The notes under the pieces are model-generated. The model was not told the origin of the DNA. It searched no databases and saw only the letters and a program-made list of their open reading frames with translations. Shown in pieces: positions 7,874-18,255 of a DNA stretch of 64,000 bases. Each line of letters begins with the position of its first letter. Position 1 is the stretch's first letter. Origin of the DNA: Flavobacteriaceae bacterium (GTDB lineage: Bacteria; Bacteroidota; Bacteroidia; Flavobacteriales; Flavobacteriaceae); NCBI GenBank assembly GCA_024644745.1, contig JAHEHF010000005.1, positions 8,796 to 72,795 on the forward strand. The letters are read 5' to 3'. The translations under genes were made by a program, and so were the position numbers.

Positions 7874-10501
7874 ATGGATATCCCTGCAAAATACAATCCC
7901 AAATCTGTTGAAGAAAAATGGTATACCTACTGGATGGAACATAATTTTTTTCATTCAGAGCCTGATGAGCGAGAGCCGTATACCATCGTGATACCTCCTC
8001 CCAACGTGACGGGTGTCCTGCATATGGGTCATATGCTGAACAATACGATTCAGGATGTTTTGATACGCCGTAAAAGAATGCAGGGATACAATGCATGCTG
8101 GGTTCCCGGTACTGATCATGCTTCTATTGCGACCGAAGCCAAGGTTGTTGCCAAACTCAAAGAGGAGGGCATAAAAAAATCGGATCTGACGCGTGAGGCC
8201 TTCGTGGAGCATGCCTGGGAATGGACCCACAAACACGGTGGCATGATCCTGGAACAGTTGAAGAAACTTGGAGCTTCCTGTGACTGGGAGCGCACCAAGT
8301 TTACCATGGATGAAGACCTGAACAAGTCGGTTGTCAAGGTATTTTTGGATCTTCACAAGAAGGGCCTGATTTATAAAGGTTACAGAATGGTGAACTGGGA
8401 TCCTGAAGCGAAAACCACCCTGAGTGATGAAGAGGTCATTTATGTAGAACAGCCTGGTAAATTGTATTATTTGCGTTATCCCATTGAAGGCAGCACGGAA
8501 TCGGTTCAAATTGCAACCACCCGCCCTGAGACAATCCTGGGAGATACAGCCATATGTGTACATCCGGATGATGAAAGATTTAATCATCTGAAAGGCAAGC
8601 GGGTCATTGTACCGATTGTTGGGCGTTCTATCCCGGTGATTGAGGATGACTATGTCGATATGGAGTTTGGCACGGGGAGTTTAAAAATAACGCCTGCGCA
8701 CGATCCCAATGATAAAATAATAGGGGAGAAGCACAACCTTGAGGTGATCGATATTTTCAACGATGATGCCTCATTGAACGAAAATGCTTTGCACTATGAA
8801 GGTAAAGACCGTTTTGTGGTCCGTAGGGAAATTGTAAAGGAACTGGATGAAAAGGGCTTTTTGATCCGTACTGAAGATTATACGCATAAGGTGGGTACTT
8901 CAGAGAGAACCAAGGTAGTCATTGAACCTAAAATTTCTGAGCAGTGGTTTCTGAAGATGGAAGATCTTGTGAAACCCGCGATCCATGCCGTGCTCGAGAG
9001 TGAGGAAGTCAGACTGGTGCCGAGTAAATTTGATAATACCTACCGCCATTGGATGGAAAATATTAGGGACTGGAACATATCAAGACAGTTGTACTGGGGT
9101 CACAGAATTCCTGCCTATTATTATGGAAACGGAACCAGTGACTATGTGGTGGCTGAAAATATGGAACAGGCCCTTGAACTGGCCAGAGAAAAATGTGGAG
9201 AGGATATCAAGGTTTCAGACCTCCGACAGGAAGAAGATACGCTTGACACCTGGTTCTCTTCCTGGTTGTGGCCCATTAGTGTTTTTAATGGTATTAATGA
9301 TCCTGAAAATGAAGATTTTAAATATTACTATCCAACAAATGACCTTGTAACCGGACCGGATATTCTTTTTTTCTGGGTGGCCAGAATGATTATTGCGGGA
9401 TATGAGTTCACGGGTAAAAAACCTTTTGAAAATGTATACCTGACAGGATTGGTAAGAGACAAGCAGCGAAGGAAGATGTCCAAGTCACTGGGCAATTCTC
9501 CTGACCCTGAAGAACTGATGGAGCAATATGGATCCGATGGGGTTCGTGCAGGTATTTTGATGAGTTCTGCGGCAGGAAATGACCTGTTGTTTGACGAGTC
9601 TTTGATGTTACAGGGAAGGAATTTTGCCAACAAGATATGGAATGGATTCAGGCTCGTTAAGGGATGGGAGCTAGCTGAAGGTGCTGAACAGTCCGAATCA
9701 AACAGAATGGCAATTAAATGGTACAAGGCAAAGTTTCAAATGACATTGCAGTTTATAGATCAACAATTCGATCAATACCGTTTATCTGATGCCCTGACGG
9801 CAATTTATAAGTTGGTTTGGGAAGATTTTTCTTCCTGGTACCTGGAAATGGTCAAGCCCGAGTTTGGAAAAGGAATTGATCCTGCAACCTTGGCAGACAC
9901 GATCAATTTCTTTGAAGACAATTTAAGAATACTGCATCCTTTTATGCCTTTTATTACAGAAGAGATTTGGCATTATTTTAAGGAAAGGGATGTCAACGAA
10001 GCATTGATAGTTTCTGATTATCCTAAAGATGAAGCTTACGACCCTCAGGTGTTAAAGGATTTTGAAGTGATCAAGGAAATCATATCCGCTGTGAGGAATT
10101 TGAGGAAGGAAAAAAACATATCATTTAAAGAATCCCTGGATCTTTCCATGATCAAAAAGGAGGCCGTCAATGAAGATTTCTTCGCAATGATCAAGAAATT
10201 ATGCAATATTTCACATATTGAGGAAATCGATCAAAAACTGGAAAAGGCTTTGACGTTCAGGGTAGGGTCAAATGAATTTTTTATTCCTTTTGCTGAAAGT
10301 ATTGATGTTGAGGCCGAAATCAAAAAGATTCAGGAAGAGCTCGACTACAACAAAGGTTTTCTGCTTTCTGTACAGAAAAAACTCAATAACGAAAGATTCG
10401 TCAATAATGCACCTGAAAAGGTAATTTTAATGGAGCGTAAAAAGGAAGCGGATACATTGGCAAAAATTGCCATGCTGGAGGATAGCTTAAAATCGATCTG
10501 A
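7874..10501 (+). CDS. valS: Valine--tRNA ligase
   Basis: 875 aa. HIGH region [18 protein letters not shown] motif, and a C-terminal coiled coil. Confidence 0.97.
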   Translation: MDIPAKYNPKSVEEKWYTYWMEHNFFHSEPDEREPYTIVIPPPNVTGVLHMGHMLNNTIQDVLIRRKRMQGYNACWVPGTDHASIATEAKVVAKLKEEGIKKSDLTREAFVEHAWEWTHKHGGMILEQLKKLGASCDWERTKFTMDEDLNKSVVKVFLDLHKKGLIYKGYRMVNWDPEAKTTLSDEEVIYVEQPGKLYYLRYPIEGSTESVQIATTRPETILGDTAICVHPDDERFNHLKGKRVIVPIVGRSIPVIEDDYVDMEFGTGSLKITPAHDPNDKIIGEKHNLEVIDIFNDDASLNENALHYEGKDRFVVRREIVKELDEKGFLIRTEDYTHKVGTSERTKVVIEPKISEQWFLKMEDLVKPAIHAVLESEEVRLVPSKFDNTYRHWMENIRDWNISRQLYWGHRIPAYYYGNGTSDYVVAENMEQALELAREKCGEDIKVSDLRQEEDTLDTWFSSWLWPISVFNGINDPENEDFKYYYPTNDLVTGPDILFFWVARMIIAGYEFTGKKPFENVYLTGLVRDKQRRKMSKSLGNSPDPEELMEQYGSDGVRAGILMSSAAGNDLLFDESLMLQGRNFANKIWNGFRLVKGWELAEGAEQSESNRMAIKWYKAKFQMTLQFIDQQFDQYRLSDALTAIYKLVWEDFSSWYLEMVKPEFGKGIDPATLADTINFFEDNLRILHPFMPFITEEIWHYFKERDVNEALIVSDYPKDEAYDPQVLKDFEVIKEIISAVRNLRKEKNISFKESLDLSMIKKEAVNEDFFAMIKKLCNISHIEEIDQKLEKALTFRVGSNEFFIPFAESIDVEAEIKKIQEELDYNKGFLLSVQKKLNNERFVNNAPEKVILMERKKEADTLAKIAMLEDSLKSI

Positions 10502-10514
10502 TAAAAAATATGAG

Positions 10515-10931
10515 CTATTTGGTAGTTTTGCCTTTAAGACTTTTTGTAAAAACTTCATCGGCAGGCTCCCAGAGCTCAATTTTGTTACCATCGGGATCCA
10601 TGATATGTATGAACTTGCCATAGTCAAAACTTTGTATTTCATCACATATTGTGACGCCCTGTTTTTGAAGCTCTTCAACCAATGATTCCAGATGATCTAC
10701 CCTGTAGTTGATCATAAAATCCTTTTTGGAAGGTTCGAAATATTTGGTATCTTTTTCAAATGGGCTCCACTGAAGGTAATTGATCTCTTCAGGCTTATTG
10801 GCATTTCTGAACTCAAAAGGAGAACCATAGGCATCAATTGTCAATCCAAGGTGCTTATGGTACCATTCTTTAATTTTGACAGGATTGCTGCTTTTAAAAA
10901 ATATTCCACCTATGCCTGTGACCTTTTTCAT
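10515..10931 (-). CDS. VOC (glyoxalase/bleomycin-resistance fold) family protein
   Basis: 138 aa. Pattern GIGGIFFKS ... HIMDPDGNKIELWEP is typical of VOC proteins. Confidence 0.7.
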   Translation of the reverse strand: MKKVTGIGGIFFKSSNPVKIKEWYHKHLGLTIDAYGSPFEFRNANKPEEINYLQWSPFEKDTKYFEPSKKDFMINYRVDHLESLVEELQKQGVTICDEIQSFDYGKFIHIMDPDGNKIELWEPADEVFTKSLKGKTTK

Positions 10932-10933
10932 TT

Positions 10934-11551
10934 TTACTTTTTAAGGGTTAGAATTTTGGCCTGGATGTTGACCTCGTTCCAGGTTTTGCTTATGCCATCA
11001 GGTCCGGTATGCAATTCCAAACAGGCCTGATTCAGGGATTCCAAAGCTGTTTGAGCCTGCCAGTTGTTCAGGTCCATACTGGCATTGATCAAAATGGTGT
11101 CCTGACTCATTTGATAAGCAAATGGCAGCTCTTTGGTAAGACCGTTCATGGTCAAAGCGAGATTCCCCTTTTCGTCCCCATCCAATTTAAATTCACCTTT
11201 TAAACTCACGGTGTTTTCCATGACGGCAAAAAAGAACTTATTCAATTTTCCATCTCTGATGGTATCTTTCGAAAAAATACTCGAAACCGGAATTTCAAAT
11301 TCCAGCCCCTGCAACGACGCTGACGGGCTCTTGCCCTCTTGAGAATTCAATATTTTTATCTCTTTAAAGGTTCCTTTTACAGGTACCTTATCGGTCGTTT
11401 TATAAGCGGTCCATTGCACTGAGGAATGGTCGGCATCAATGTGGTAAGTATGATCTGTTTTTGAAGATTCTGTTTCTTTCTTTTCCTTGGCACAGGAAAC
11501 TGTTAATAGGGCAAAGGAAAAGAATAGGGTATAATAAAGCATATTTTTCAT
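10934..11551 (-). CDS. YceI family lipoprotein
   Basis: Lipobox LLTVSC, then a YceI-like region SSVQWTAYKTTDKVPVKGTF. Only 2 nt separate it from the downstream VOC gene. Confidence 0.75.
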   Translation of the reverse strand: MKNMLYYTLFFSFALLTVSCAKEKKETESSKTDHTYHIDADHSSVQWTAYKTTDKVPVKGTFKEIKILNSQEGKSPSASLQGLEFEIPVSSIFSKDTIRDGKLNKFFFAVMENTVSLKGEFKLDGDEKGNLALTMNGLTKELPFAYQMSQDTILINASMDLNNWQAQTALESLNQACLELHTGPDGISKTWNEVNIQAKILTLKK

Positions 11552-11585
11552 GGCTTGTATTTTGAATTATAAAGATTGAAGTGGG

Positions 11586-11855
11586 TTATGATATTTTTTC
11601 ACCGGTATACTTTTCAACTAATTTAATGTATTCCTGTTTGGCTTCATCTGAAGTTATATTGGCAATTTGAAAATAAGCATTGAGTTTAAAAGCATTTCTT
11701 ACCTGGTTGTTACCAGATGGAATTACCATATTGTTGCTTGTTGTTGCGTGCTTGTAATAGGAGTAAAATTTAAGCATGATGTCAGGAGGTAATTTTATCG
11801 TCATGGCTGATGCCATTTCAAACGCTTTATTGAACCTTCTGTCTAGATCATCCAT
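11586..11855 (-). CDS. Acyl-CoA-binding protein (ACBP)
   Basis: 89 aa. FNKAFEMAS..KLPPDIMLKFYSYYKHAT aligns with the ACBP signature (ML.FYS.YKQAT). The start overlaps the psd stop by 8 nt. Confidence 0.7.
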   Translation of the reverse strand: MDDLDRRFNKAFEMASAMTIKLPPDIMLKFYSYYKHATTSNNMVIPSGNNQVRNAFKLNAYFQIANITSDEAKQEYIKLVEKYTGEKIS

Positions 11856-12507
11856 TGTTCTTTGCAGCTAGGATGGTTTCCCCGCCTTTTGTTTTTTGAT
11901 TGAGCTCAACTTGAATTTTCATATCCAAAGGTACAAAAATATCTATTCTGGAACCAAATTTGATAAATCCTGCATCCTCACCCTGAATCACCTGGTGGCC
12001 GACCCTGGCATAATTAACAATTCTTCGGGCTACGGCCCCGGCAATCTGACGATAAAGAATTTCACCAATCAAAGCATTTTCAACCACAATTGTGGTGCGT
12101 TCATTTTCTTCTGATGATTTGGGATGCCAGGCAACCAAATATTTGCCAGGATGGTATTTGCTGTATTTTACCTTGCCACTTACAGGGTATCTTGTAACAT
12201 GAACATTCAAAGGGGACATGAAAATTGAAATTTGTCTTCTCTTGTCTTTAAAATATTCTTTTTCAACAACTTCTTCAATCACAACAACCTTACCATCTGC
12301 GGGTGCAATAAGGTGTTCGTCATTCAAAACTGTATTTCTTTTCGGGTCTCTGAAAAATTGAAGTACCAAAAGAAACAAAATCAGCAAAGTGATCATCAGG
12401 GCCTTTTGGATCCAGTAATTATCAATAAAATTATCGATCAACAATAAGCCGCTTACCATGATCAATCCGGAAAACAATATGATTTTAAATCCTTCTTTAT
12501 GAAACAT
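11848..12507 (-). CDS. psd: Phosphatidylserine decarboxylase proenzyme (short type)
   Basis: 219 aa. N-terminal TM segments and a candidate G-S self-cleavage motif KFGSRIDIF. TAATG overlap with cdsA. Confidence 0.85.
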   Translation of the reverse strand: MFHKEGFKIILFSGLIMVSGLLLIDNFIDNYWIQKALMITLLILFLLVLQFFRDPKRNTVLNDEHLIAPADGKVVVIEEVVEKEYFKDKRRQISIFMSPLNVHVTRYPVSGKVKYSKYHPGKYLVAWHPKSSEENERTTIVVENALIGEILYRQIAGAVARRIVNYARVGHQVIQGEDAGFIKFGSRIDIFVPLDMKIQVELNQKTKGGETILAAKNNG

Positions 12508-13331
12508 TATGTCGTCAAAAATAAATAAATAAAAATGAAAGGTGTTGCAAAGATAATACTATCAAGCCTATCTAAAAAACCTCCGTGACCAGGCAGCAGG
12601 TTGCTGCTGTCTTTGATATGTGCCTGCCTTTTGAACATCGACTCGATAAGATCTCCCAATACACCGAAAATACTTACAATAATGGCGATGGTAAACCATT
12701 GAAGGGGTTGGATGCTAAAACAAAATTTTGCCACAACATATCCTGCAATGAAGGTAAATATAAAACCACCCAGAAAACCTTCAATCGTTTTGTTGGGGGA
12801 AACCCTCTCAATGAGTTTGTGTTTGCCAAAATTCTTTCCGATGAGAAAGGCAAAGACATCATTACTCCAGATCAGGATGAATATTCCGATGATGATAGAG
12901 GTGTCAAATGTGCCGTCAAAATTCAGATAAGGAATCTTGATCAGCAAGGAAAATGGCAGCACGATGTATATGAAGGATAAAAAGTTTTTCCCCAGATACT
13001 GAATTCCAATTTTTCTTGATGATACCAGGGCCAGAATAAATGCAAAATATACCGCGATCACTAAAACCGAAAGGATTATTTTTTCTGACATGTCATCTTT
13101 AAAAACAATCAGATTATTATTCGAGATGACCGTTGTAAAAAAAGAAATAAGTCCCAACAAATAGGGGTAAATACTTTTAAGTTCAATTATTTTGATGAAT
13201 TCATACAAACAAATGAGCATGAAAACAAGAAACAAACTGTAAAAAAACAAGGGTCCTAAAAGTGAGGCAGAAATCACCAAGGCCACATAGATAAAACCAA
13301 AAACGATTCGTTTGGTAAAGTTGTTCATCAA
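12507..13331 (-). CDS. cdsA: Phosphatidate cytidylyltransferase
   Basis: Multi-TM protein with the CdsA signature SMFKRQAHIKDSSNLLPGHGGFLDRLDS. Confidence 0.9.
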   Translation of the reverse strand: MMNNFTKRIVFGFIYVALVISASLLGPLFFYSLFLVFMLICLYEFIKIIELKSIYPYLLGLISFFTTVISNNNLIVFKDDMSEKIILSVLVIAVYFAFILALVSSRKIGIQYLGKNFLSFIYIVLPFSLLIKIPYLNFDGTFDTSIIIGIFILIWSNDVFAFLIGKNFGKHKLIERVSPNKTIEGFLGGFIFTFIAGYVVAKFCFSIQPLQWFTIAIIVSIFGVLGDLIESMFKRQAHIKDSSNLLPGHGGFLDRLDSIIFATPFIFIYLFLTT

Positions 13332-13332
13332 A

Positions 13333-13938
13333 TTATAAATCTTCTAGAAGCAGTAAATATAAGGTTTTAGAATTAGTGTTTCCATAGCTCATAAAATCTG
13401 TTTCTGTTTTGTTTATAATAAAATCTTTTATCGAACTGATAATGGTGGGGGAGTTCTTTTCGGACCTGTTTCTGATCCCGGAAATTCCATCCCTGGAATC
13501 CTTGACCAGCTGGCTCGTTTTTGCGCAAACTATAAAATTCAGAGGTAAATCCTTCAATTTTTTATCCTTGAGCTGCTTGGAGGAGAACATAATGCTTCCA
13601 TCGTTTGCAATCAGGCATTCACAATAGGTGATAAACGGAAGAGAAGGAATGATCTTGTTGGTTTTTGCACTTTTTATTTTCGTGAGCAGCTCTTTAAGTT
13701 TTTCATCAAAAGTAACCACATTGTTCCATTCATTCTCCTGCAAGACCTGGACCAGGTTCTTTTCGAGTTCTTCCGCATCCGAACAATACAAAAATTTACC
13801 TCCTTTATGAATGAACTTTTTCACAAATTGCTCATCAATGGATAATTCCTGATCCTGGAGATCCTTTGTTTCTGCTTCCTCTTTTTGAGAAATTTTAATG
13901 ATATTTTTTAGAAATTTATTAAAAAAACTCATAATCAA
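13333..13938 (-). CDS. LUD (LutC/YkgG-like) domain protein
   Basis: 201 aa. Resembles the LUD-domain proteins that I recall sitting next to ftsH in Flavobacteriia. The family assignment is from memory. Confidence 0.5.
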   Translation of the reverse strand: MIMSFFNKFLKNIIKISQKEEAETKDLQDQELSIDEQFVKKFIHKGGKFLYCSDAEELEKNLVQVLQENEWNNVVTFDEKLKELLTKIKSAKTNKIIPSLPFITYCECLIANDGSIMFSSKQLKDKKLKDLPLNFIVCAKTSQLVKDSRDGISGIRNRSEKNSPTIISSIKDFIINKTETDFMSYGNTNSKTLYLLLLEDL

Positions 13939-13971
13939 ATTGTATGGTTCAAATGTACAAAAACACTTTGA

Positions 13972-15981
13972 TTATTTAGGATTTTCCTCTGTAATTTCCG
14001 CTTCCGGCTTCTCCTTATCCGAGGCCGTTTTCGTCTCCGGGCTTTTACCAACTTCTTTCGTAAATGGTCTTGCACCGAAAATCTTTTGAAGGTCTCCCTC
14101 AAAGATCACCTCTTTTTCTGTTAAAATCTCTGCCAGTTCAATAAGTTTATCCTTATTGTCTTTAAGAATTTTGATGGCCCTTTGGTATTGTTTTTCAATG
14201 ATTTTTGAGATCTCTTCATCGATCGTTTTTGCCGTCGATTCACTGTACGGTTTCGTGAATCCGTACTCGTTCTGACCACTTGAATCATAATAGGTAATAT
14301 TTCCTATTTTATCATTCAGGCCATAGATGCTGACAATGGCTCTTGCCTGTCTTGTCACTTTTTCCAGGTCATTGAGCGCTCCTGTCGAAATTTTATCAAA
14401 CATCACTTTTTCTGCTGCCCGACCCCCCAGGGTGGCACACATTTCATCAAGCATCTGATCCGTCTCAACAATCTGTCTTTCTTCCGGAAGATACCATGCG
14501 GCTCCAAGAGATTTCCCTCTGGGTACGATGGTTACCTTCACCAACGGCGCCGCGTGTTCCAGCATCCAGCTCACAGTGGCATGTCCCGCTTCGTGATAGG
14601 CGATGGTTTTCTTTTCTTTGGGAGTAATGATTTTATTCTTTTTTTCGAGTCCCCCAACGATTCTGTCAACTGCATCAAGAAAATCCTGATGGTGAACACT
14701 TTTCTTAGCTTTTCGGGCGGCTACAAGGGCCGATTCATTACATACATTGGCAATATCAGCACCTGAAAAGCCAGGAGTTTGTTTCGAAAGAAACTCAAGG
14801 TCCACATCTTTGGCCAGTTTCAAAGGCTTGACGTGTACCTCAAAAATCTGTTTTCTTTCATTTTTATCAGGAAGGTCCACATAAATTTGTCTGTCAAATC
14901 TACCGGCCCGCATCAATGCCTTATCCAGTACGTCAGCTCTGTTTGTTGCCGCGATGACAATAACATTAACGTCCGTTCCGAATCCATCCATTTCTGTCAA
15001 CAGCTGATTCAGGGTGTTTTCTCTTTCGTCATTGCCTCCTGTTATACTGTTTTTACCTCTTGCTCTTCCAATAGCATCTATTTCATCGATAAAGATGATC
15101 GAGGGCGATTTCACAGCAGCTTGCTTGAACAGGTCTCTTACCCTGGAAGCCCCTACACCAACAAACATTTCTACAAAATCAGAACCTGAAAGTGAAAAGA
15201 AAGGCACTCCAGCTTCTCCTGCAACTGCTTTGGCCAGCAAAGTCTTTCCTGTTCCCGGAGGACCTACCAGTAATGCCCCTTTTGGGATCTTTCCACCAAG
15301 ATTGGTGTATTTGTCAGGGTTTTTGAGGAAATCCACGATCTCCTGAACCTCTTCTTTTGCACCTTCTAAACCAGCAACATCCTTAAAAGACGTTCTCACC
15401 TTGGTATTCTCATCAAATACCTTGGCTTTTGACTTGCCTATATTAAAGATCTGGCCTCCGGCACCTCCGCCACCGCCTCCTGACATTCTTCTCATAAAAA
15501 ATATCCAAAGGCCTATGATAAAAATAAATGGAAGCCATACCAGGAAGGAATCAAAGAAACTTGTCCTTGTGGTATTGTCCTTGTCAAAATCGAGATCGAA
15601 TTCGGCCCTGGCACTTGTAAGGTTGTTTTCAAAATTCTGCAGGTCGCCAAAATCATAAATATAGACAGGAGTAGTCTGTCCGAAAACCGAAGGGTTCTTA
15701 TATTTACTGTATTTTTCTTTTGTATTAAGTGCCTCACTTTTTATGGTAAGCTGGGCAATGTCTCCATTGACGATCAGGATTTTCTCAATATCATTATCAT
15801 TGAGAATTTCTTTAAATTCGTTTTGTGTTAGTTTATTGCTCGCAAGATCAGAACTGTTCAGCAACTGGTAGCCAATGAGTAAGGCAAAAATAATTCCGTA
15901 AATCCAGTAAAAATTGAATTTGAAATTAAATTGCTTGAATGGCAAATTATTATTTTCTTTATTTGGTTTCTCTTTTTTCAT
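13972..15981 (-). CDS. ftsH: ATP-dependent zinc metalloprotease FtsH
   Basis: Walker [12 protein letters not shown] region, zinc motif HEAGHA. Poly-Gly linker GGGGGGAGG after TM2. Confidence 0.97.
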   Translation of the reverse strand: MKKEKPNKENNNLPFKQFNFKFNFYWIYGIIFALLIGYQLLNSSDLASNKLTQNEFKEILNDNDIEKILIVNGDIAQLTIKSEALNTKEKYSKYKNPSVFGQTTPVYIYDFGDLQNFENNLTSARAEFDLDFDKDNTTRTSFFDSFLVWLPFIFIIGLWIFFMRRMSGGGGGGAGGQIFNIGKSKAKVFDENTKVRTSFKDVAGLEGAKEEVQEIVDFLKNPDKYTNLGGKIPKGALLVGPPGTGKTLLAKAVAGEAGVPFFSLSGSDFVEMFVGVGASRVRDLFKQAAVKSPSIIFIDEIDAIGRARGKNSITGGNDERENTLNQLLTEMDGFGTDVNVIVIAATNRADVLDKALMRAGRFDRQIYVDLPDKNERKQIFEVHVKPLKLAKDVDLEFLSKQTPGFSGADIANVCNESALVAARKAKKSVHHQDFLDAVDRIVGGLEKKNKIITPKEKKTIAYHEAGHATVSWMLEHAAPLVKVTIVPRGKSLGAAWYLPEERQIVETDQMLDEMCATLGGRAAEKVMFDKISTGALNDLEKVTRQARAIVSIYGLNDKIGNITYYDSSGQNEYGFTKPYSESTAKTIDEEISKIIEKQYQRAIKILKDNKDKLIELAEILTEKEVIFEGDLQKIFGARPFTKEVGKSPETKTASDKEKPEAEITEENPK

Positions 15982-16004
15982 TGGTAAATTTTAATGTTTG
16001 ATGC

Positions 16005-16376
16005 CTAATAGGTACTTTGAATATTTGTGATTTTAGCATCGCCCCATAATCCTTCAAGGTTATAAAATTCTCTTACCTGTTTTTGAAAGACGTGAACCAC
16101 AACGTTCACATAATCCAGCAATATCCATTCAGCATTACTTTCGCCTTCAACATGCCAAGGCTTGTCTTTCAGGCTTTTACTTACATTTTTTTGGATTGAA
16201 CCGGATATTGCGCTTACCTGGGTATTCGACCCGCCTTCACAGATAATAAAGTAATCACAAACTGTATTTTCAATTTCTCTCAGATCAAGTATTGAAATAT
16301 TTTCACCTTTAACTTCTTCTATCCCCTTGATAAATTCGGTGACAAGAAGATCTGAACTAACAATTTTTTTTGTCAT
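16005..16376 (-). CDS. rsfS: Ribosome silencing factor
   Basis: 123 aa. The pattern DYFIICEG.S..Q..AI and WILLDY..VVVHVF is typical of RsfS/iojap. Confidence 0.9.
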   Translation of the reverse strand: MTKKIVSSDLLVTEFIKGIEEVKGENISILDLREIENTVCDYFIICEGGSNTQVSAISGSIQKNVSKSLKDKPWHVEGESNAEWILLDYVNVVVHVFQKQVREFYNLEGLWGDAKITNIQSTY

Positions 16377-16398
16377 TAATTTGATTCAAAATTTCTTG

Positions 16399-16406
16399 CA
16401 AATGTA
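16399..16406 (-). promoter_or_regulatory. -7 promoter box TAcaTTTG for the rsfS-ftsH operon
   Basis: caaatgta on the + strand is TACATTTG on the - strand, 22 nt before the rsfS ATG. Confidence 0.45.
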
Positions 16407-16451
16407 TTACATTTTTATCACTTTCGCTGATCCACACTTGCAATATTACAT

Positions 16452-17183
16452 ATGTATCTACTCAAACTTGATGCCATAGATTCTACAAATTCCTATTTGA
16501 GAGAATTGTCAAAAAATAAGCTCCTTGAAAAATGGACTGTGGTAAGTACAGATTACCAATCAAAGGGTAGGGGTCAAAAAGGAGCCATATGGCAATCTGA
16601 AAGGGGTAAAAATTTAATTTTCAGTATTTTAGTGAAACTGGATGATTTTAATGTTCAAGATCAATTCTTATTGAATTGTGCCGTTTCAGTAGGTATTTTT
16701 AATGTTTTGAGGCAGTACAAACTGCCTAAACTTAAAATCAAATGGCCAAACGACATTATGTCAGTTTCCAAGAAATTAGGAGGCATTCTCATTGAAAATA
16801 GCCTGACCAATGAGCGGATCAACCAAACCATCATCGGCATTGGGATCAATGTAAATCAAACTGATTTTGCCGCGGATCTGCCCAAGGCTGTTTCTATCAG
16901 GCAACTGACGGATAGAAATCATAACATACAGGACTTGCTTCTTGACATTGTTGAATCCATAAAATTTCAATTTGAAAAGATGGAGGGCTCAGATCATAAG
17001 GAACTCATAGCGGCCTATAACCAGAATTTATACAGGAAGAACGCTGCTCATATGTTCTGCGATGCCCATGACAGGAAATTTATGGGAATTATTCGAGGTG
17101 TAAACCCCAGGGGCATGCTTGAGATTGAAAATGAGGATGAAAAAATTGAAGCCTTCTATTTCAAAGAAATCTCTTATTTGTAG
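16452..17183 (+). CDS. birA: Biotin--[acetyl-CoA-carboxylase] ligase, class I (no HTH domain)
   Basis: 243 aa. Motif KGRGQKGAIWQS (GRGRxGRxW-type) and KWPNDI. Confidence 0.85.
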   Translation: MYLLKLDAIDSTNSYLRELSKNKLLEKWTVVSTDYQSKGRGQKGAIWQSERGKNLIFSILVKLDDFNVQDQFLLNCAVSVGIFNVLRQYKLPKLKIKWPNDIMSVSKKLGGILIENSLTNERINQTIIGIGINVNQTDFAADLPKAVSIRQLTDRNHNIQDLLLDIVESIKFQFEKMEGSDHKELIAAYNQNLYRKNAAHMFCDAHDRKFMGIIRGVNPRGMLEIENEDEKIEAFYFKEISYL

Positions 17184-17201
17184 GAACAAGGTTTTTGTAC
17201 C

Positions 17202-17591
17202 TTATTTTTGACCTATATTGGTAATTAGGGTGTCGATGAATTTTTGAAGCGGATTTTTAACCATCATTGCCACCATGGGATTGAACTTCCCGTCAAACAG
17301 CAATTGCACATCACAGGAATCCTCAGATTTGTCTTCAATGGCTGCTGTTAATGAAAAAGGAAATTTTTCATTGGCTGAACCCAGAATGATTTTATTCGGT
17401 TCTTCCACTTCCTGCATTTTAAGTTCAATTTCAGGCATGCCTTTTAAAGCAAATAGAAAAGAGCCCTCTCCGGCTTCAAATTTATCAATATTTTCGGGCA
17501 TGATATGTTCAAAATTATCCACCTTTGAAAGGTATTGGAATATTTCCTGACTTGATTTTTCAACCCTAACTTTCGGACTTGTTAAATTCAT
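17202..17591 (-). CDS. SRPBCC-fold (polyketide cyclase/START-like) hypothetical protein
   Basis: About 130 aa. Start set to the ATG at 17591 (MNLTSPKV), which removes the 20-nt overlap with pyrE. Fold assignment is tentative. Confidence 0.45.
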   Translation of the reverse strand: MNLTSPKVRVEKSSQEIFQYLSKVDNFEHIMPENIDKFEAGEGSFLFALKGMPEIELKMQEVEEPNKIILGSANEKFPFSLTAAIEDKSEDSCDVQLLFDGKFNPMVAMMVKNPLQKFIDTLITNIGQK

Positions 17592-17598
17592 AATTTTC

Positions 17599-18243
17599 TT
17601 AATTTCTATTCCATTCACCTGGATTTTCTCTCCAGGTTTTCAGCGTGTTTAATTGTTTGTTTGCTATAAAATTGGTCTCCAGAGCCTGTTCCAGGAGATG
17701 TTCATAATTACTCAGTGTAGTCAGTTCCACATGGGCCTCTTCGAAATTTCTGACTGCCGTTTCAAAGCCGTAATCAAAGATGGCAACCATGGCAATAACT
17801 CTGGCACCTGCTTCTTTAAGGGCATTCACGGCATTCAGGCTGCTTTTTCCGGTACTGATCAGATCTTCAACAACAACCACATTCTGACCACTGTCTAAAA
17901 ACCCTTCAATTTGATTTTTTCTTCCATGAGATTTTGGCTCGGGTCTGACATAGATAAAAGGTACGCCGAGCTCCTGTGCAACTAAAACCCCAATCGCGAT
18001 TGCACCTGTTGCCACTCCTGCAATCACGTCGGGTTGACCGTGTTTTTCTAAAATGATCTTTGACAGATTTTCGCGAATAAAATTTCTGATCATCACATAA
18101 GACAAAGTGATGCGATTATCACAATAAATAGGTGATTTCCATCCGGAAGCCCAATCAAAGGGTTCATCGGGTTGCAATTTTATTGCTTTTATCTTCAAAA
18201 GCAATTCAGCTGTCTTTTTTGCTGTATTTTTGTCAAAAATCAT
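17599..18243 (-). CDS. pyrE: Orotate phosphoribosyltransferase
   Basis: Start MIFDKNTAKKTAELLL with ATG at 18243. PRPP-binding motif VVVVEDLISTGKS. The 43-aa upstream extension in the ORF track has no PyrE-like sequence. Confidence 0.9.
   Translation of the reverse strand: MIFDKNTAKKTAELLLKIKAIKLQPDEPFDWASGWKSPIYCDNRITLSYVMIRNFIRENLSKIILEKHGQPDVIAGVATGAIAIGVLVAQELGVPFIYVRPEPKSHGRKNQIEGFLDSGQNVVVVEDLISTGKSSLNAVNALKEAGARVIAMVAIFDYGFETAVRNFEEAHVELTTLSNYEHLLEQALETNFIANKQLNTLKTWRENPGEWNRN
18225..18232 (+). promoter_or_regulatory. -7 promoter box TAttTTTG for the NUDIX gene, inside pyrE codons
   Basis: Exact TAnnTTTG match, 18 nt before the ATG at 18251. Confidence 0.4.
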
Positions 18244-18247
18244 GCTA

Positions 18248-18255
18248 CAAATGTA
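18248..18255 (-). promoter_or_regulatory. -7 promoter box TAcaTTTG for pyrE, inside the NUDIX start region
   Basis: caaatgta on the + strand is TACATTTG on the - strand. It ends only 4 nt before the pyrE ATG. Confidence 0.35.

Noticed and set aside
7955-8587. 210-aa ORF on the - strand inside valS.
   Set aside because: It is antisense to a strongly supported housekeeping gene, has low-complexity composition and no recognisable motifs. It is a typical shadow ORF.
15461-15487. Poly-Gly run (GGGGGGAGG) and its GC-rich coding repeat in ftsH.
   Set aside because: As I recall, a glycine-rich linker after TM2 is a normal feature of Bacteroidota FtsH. It is in frame and not a repeat expansion artefact as far as can be seen.
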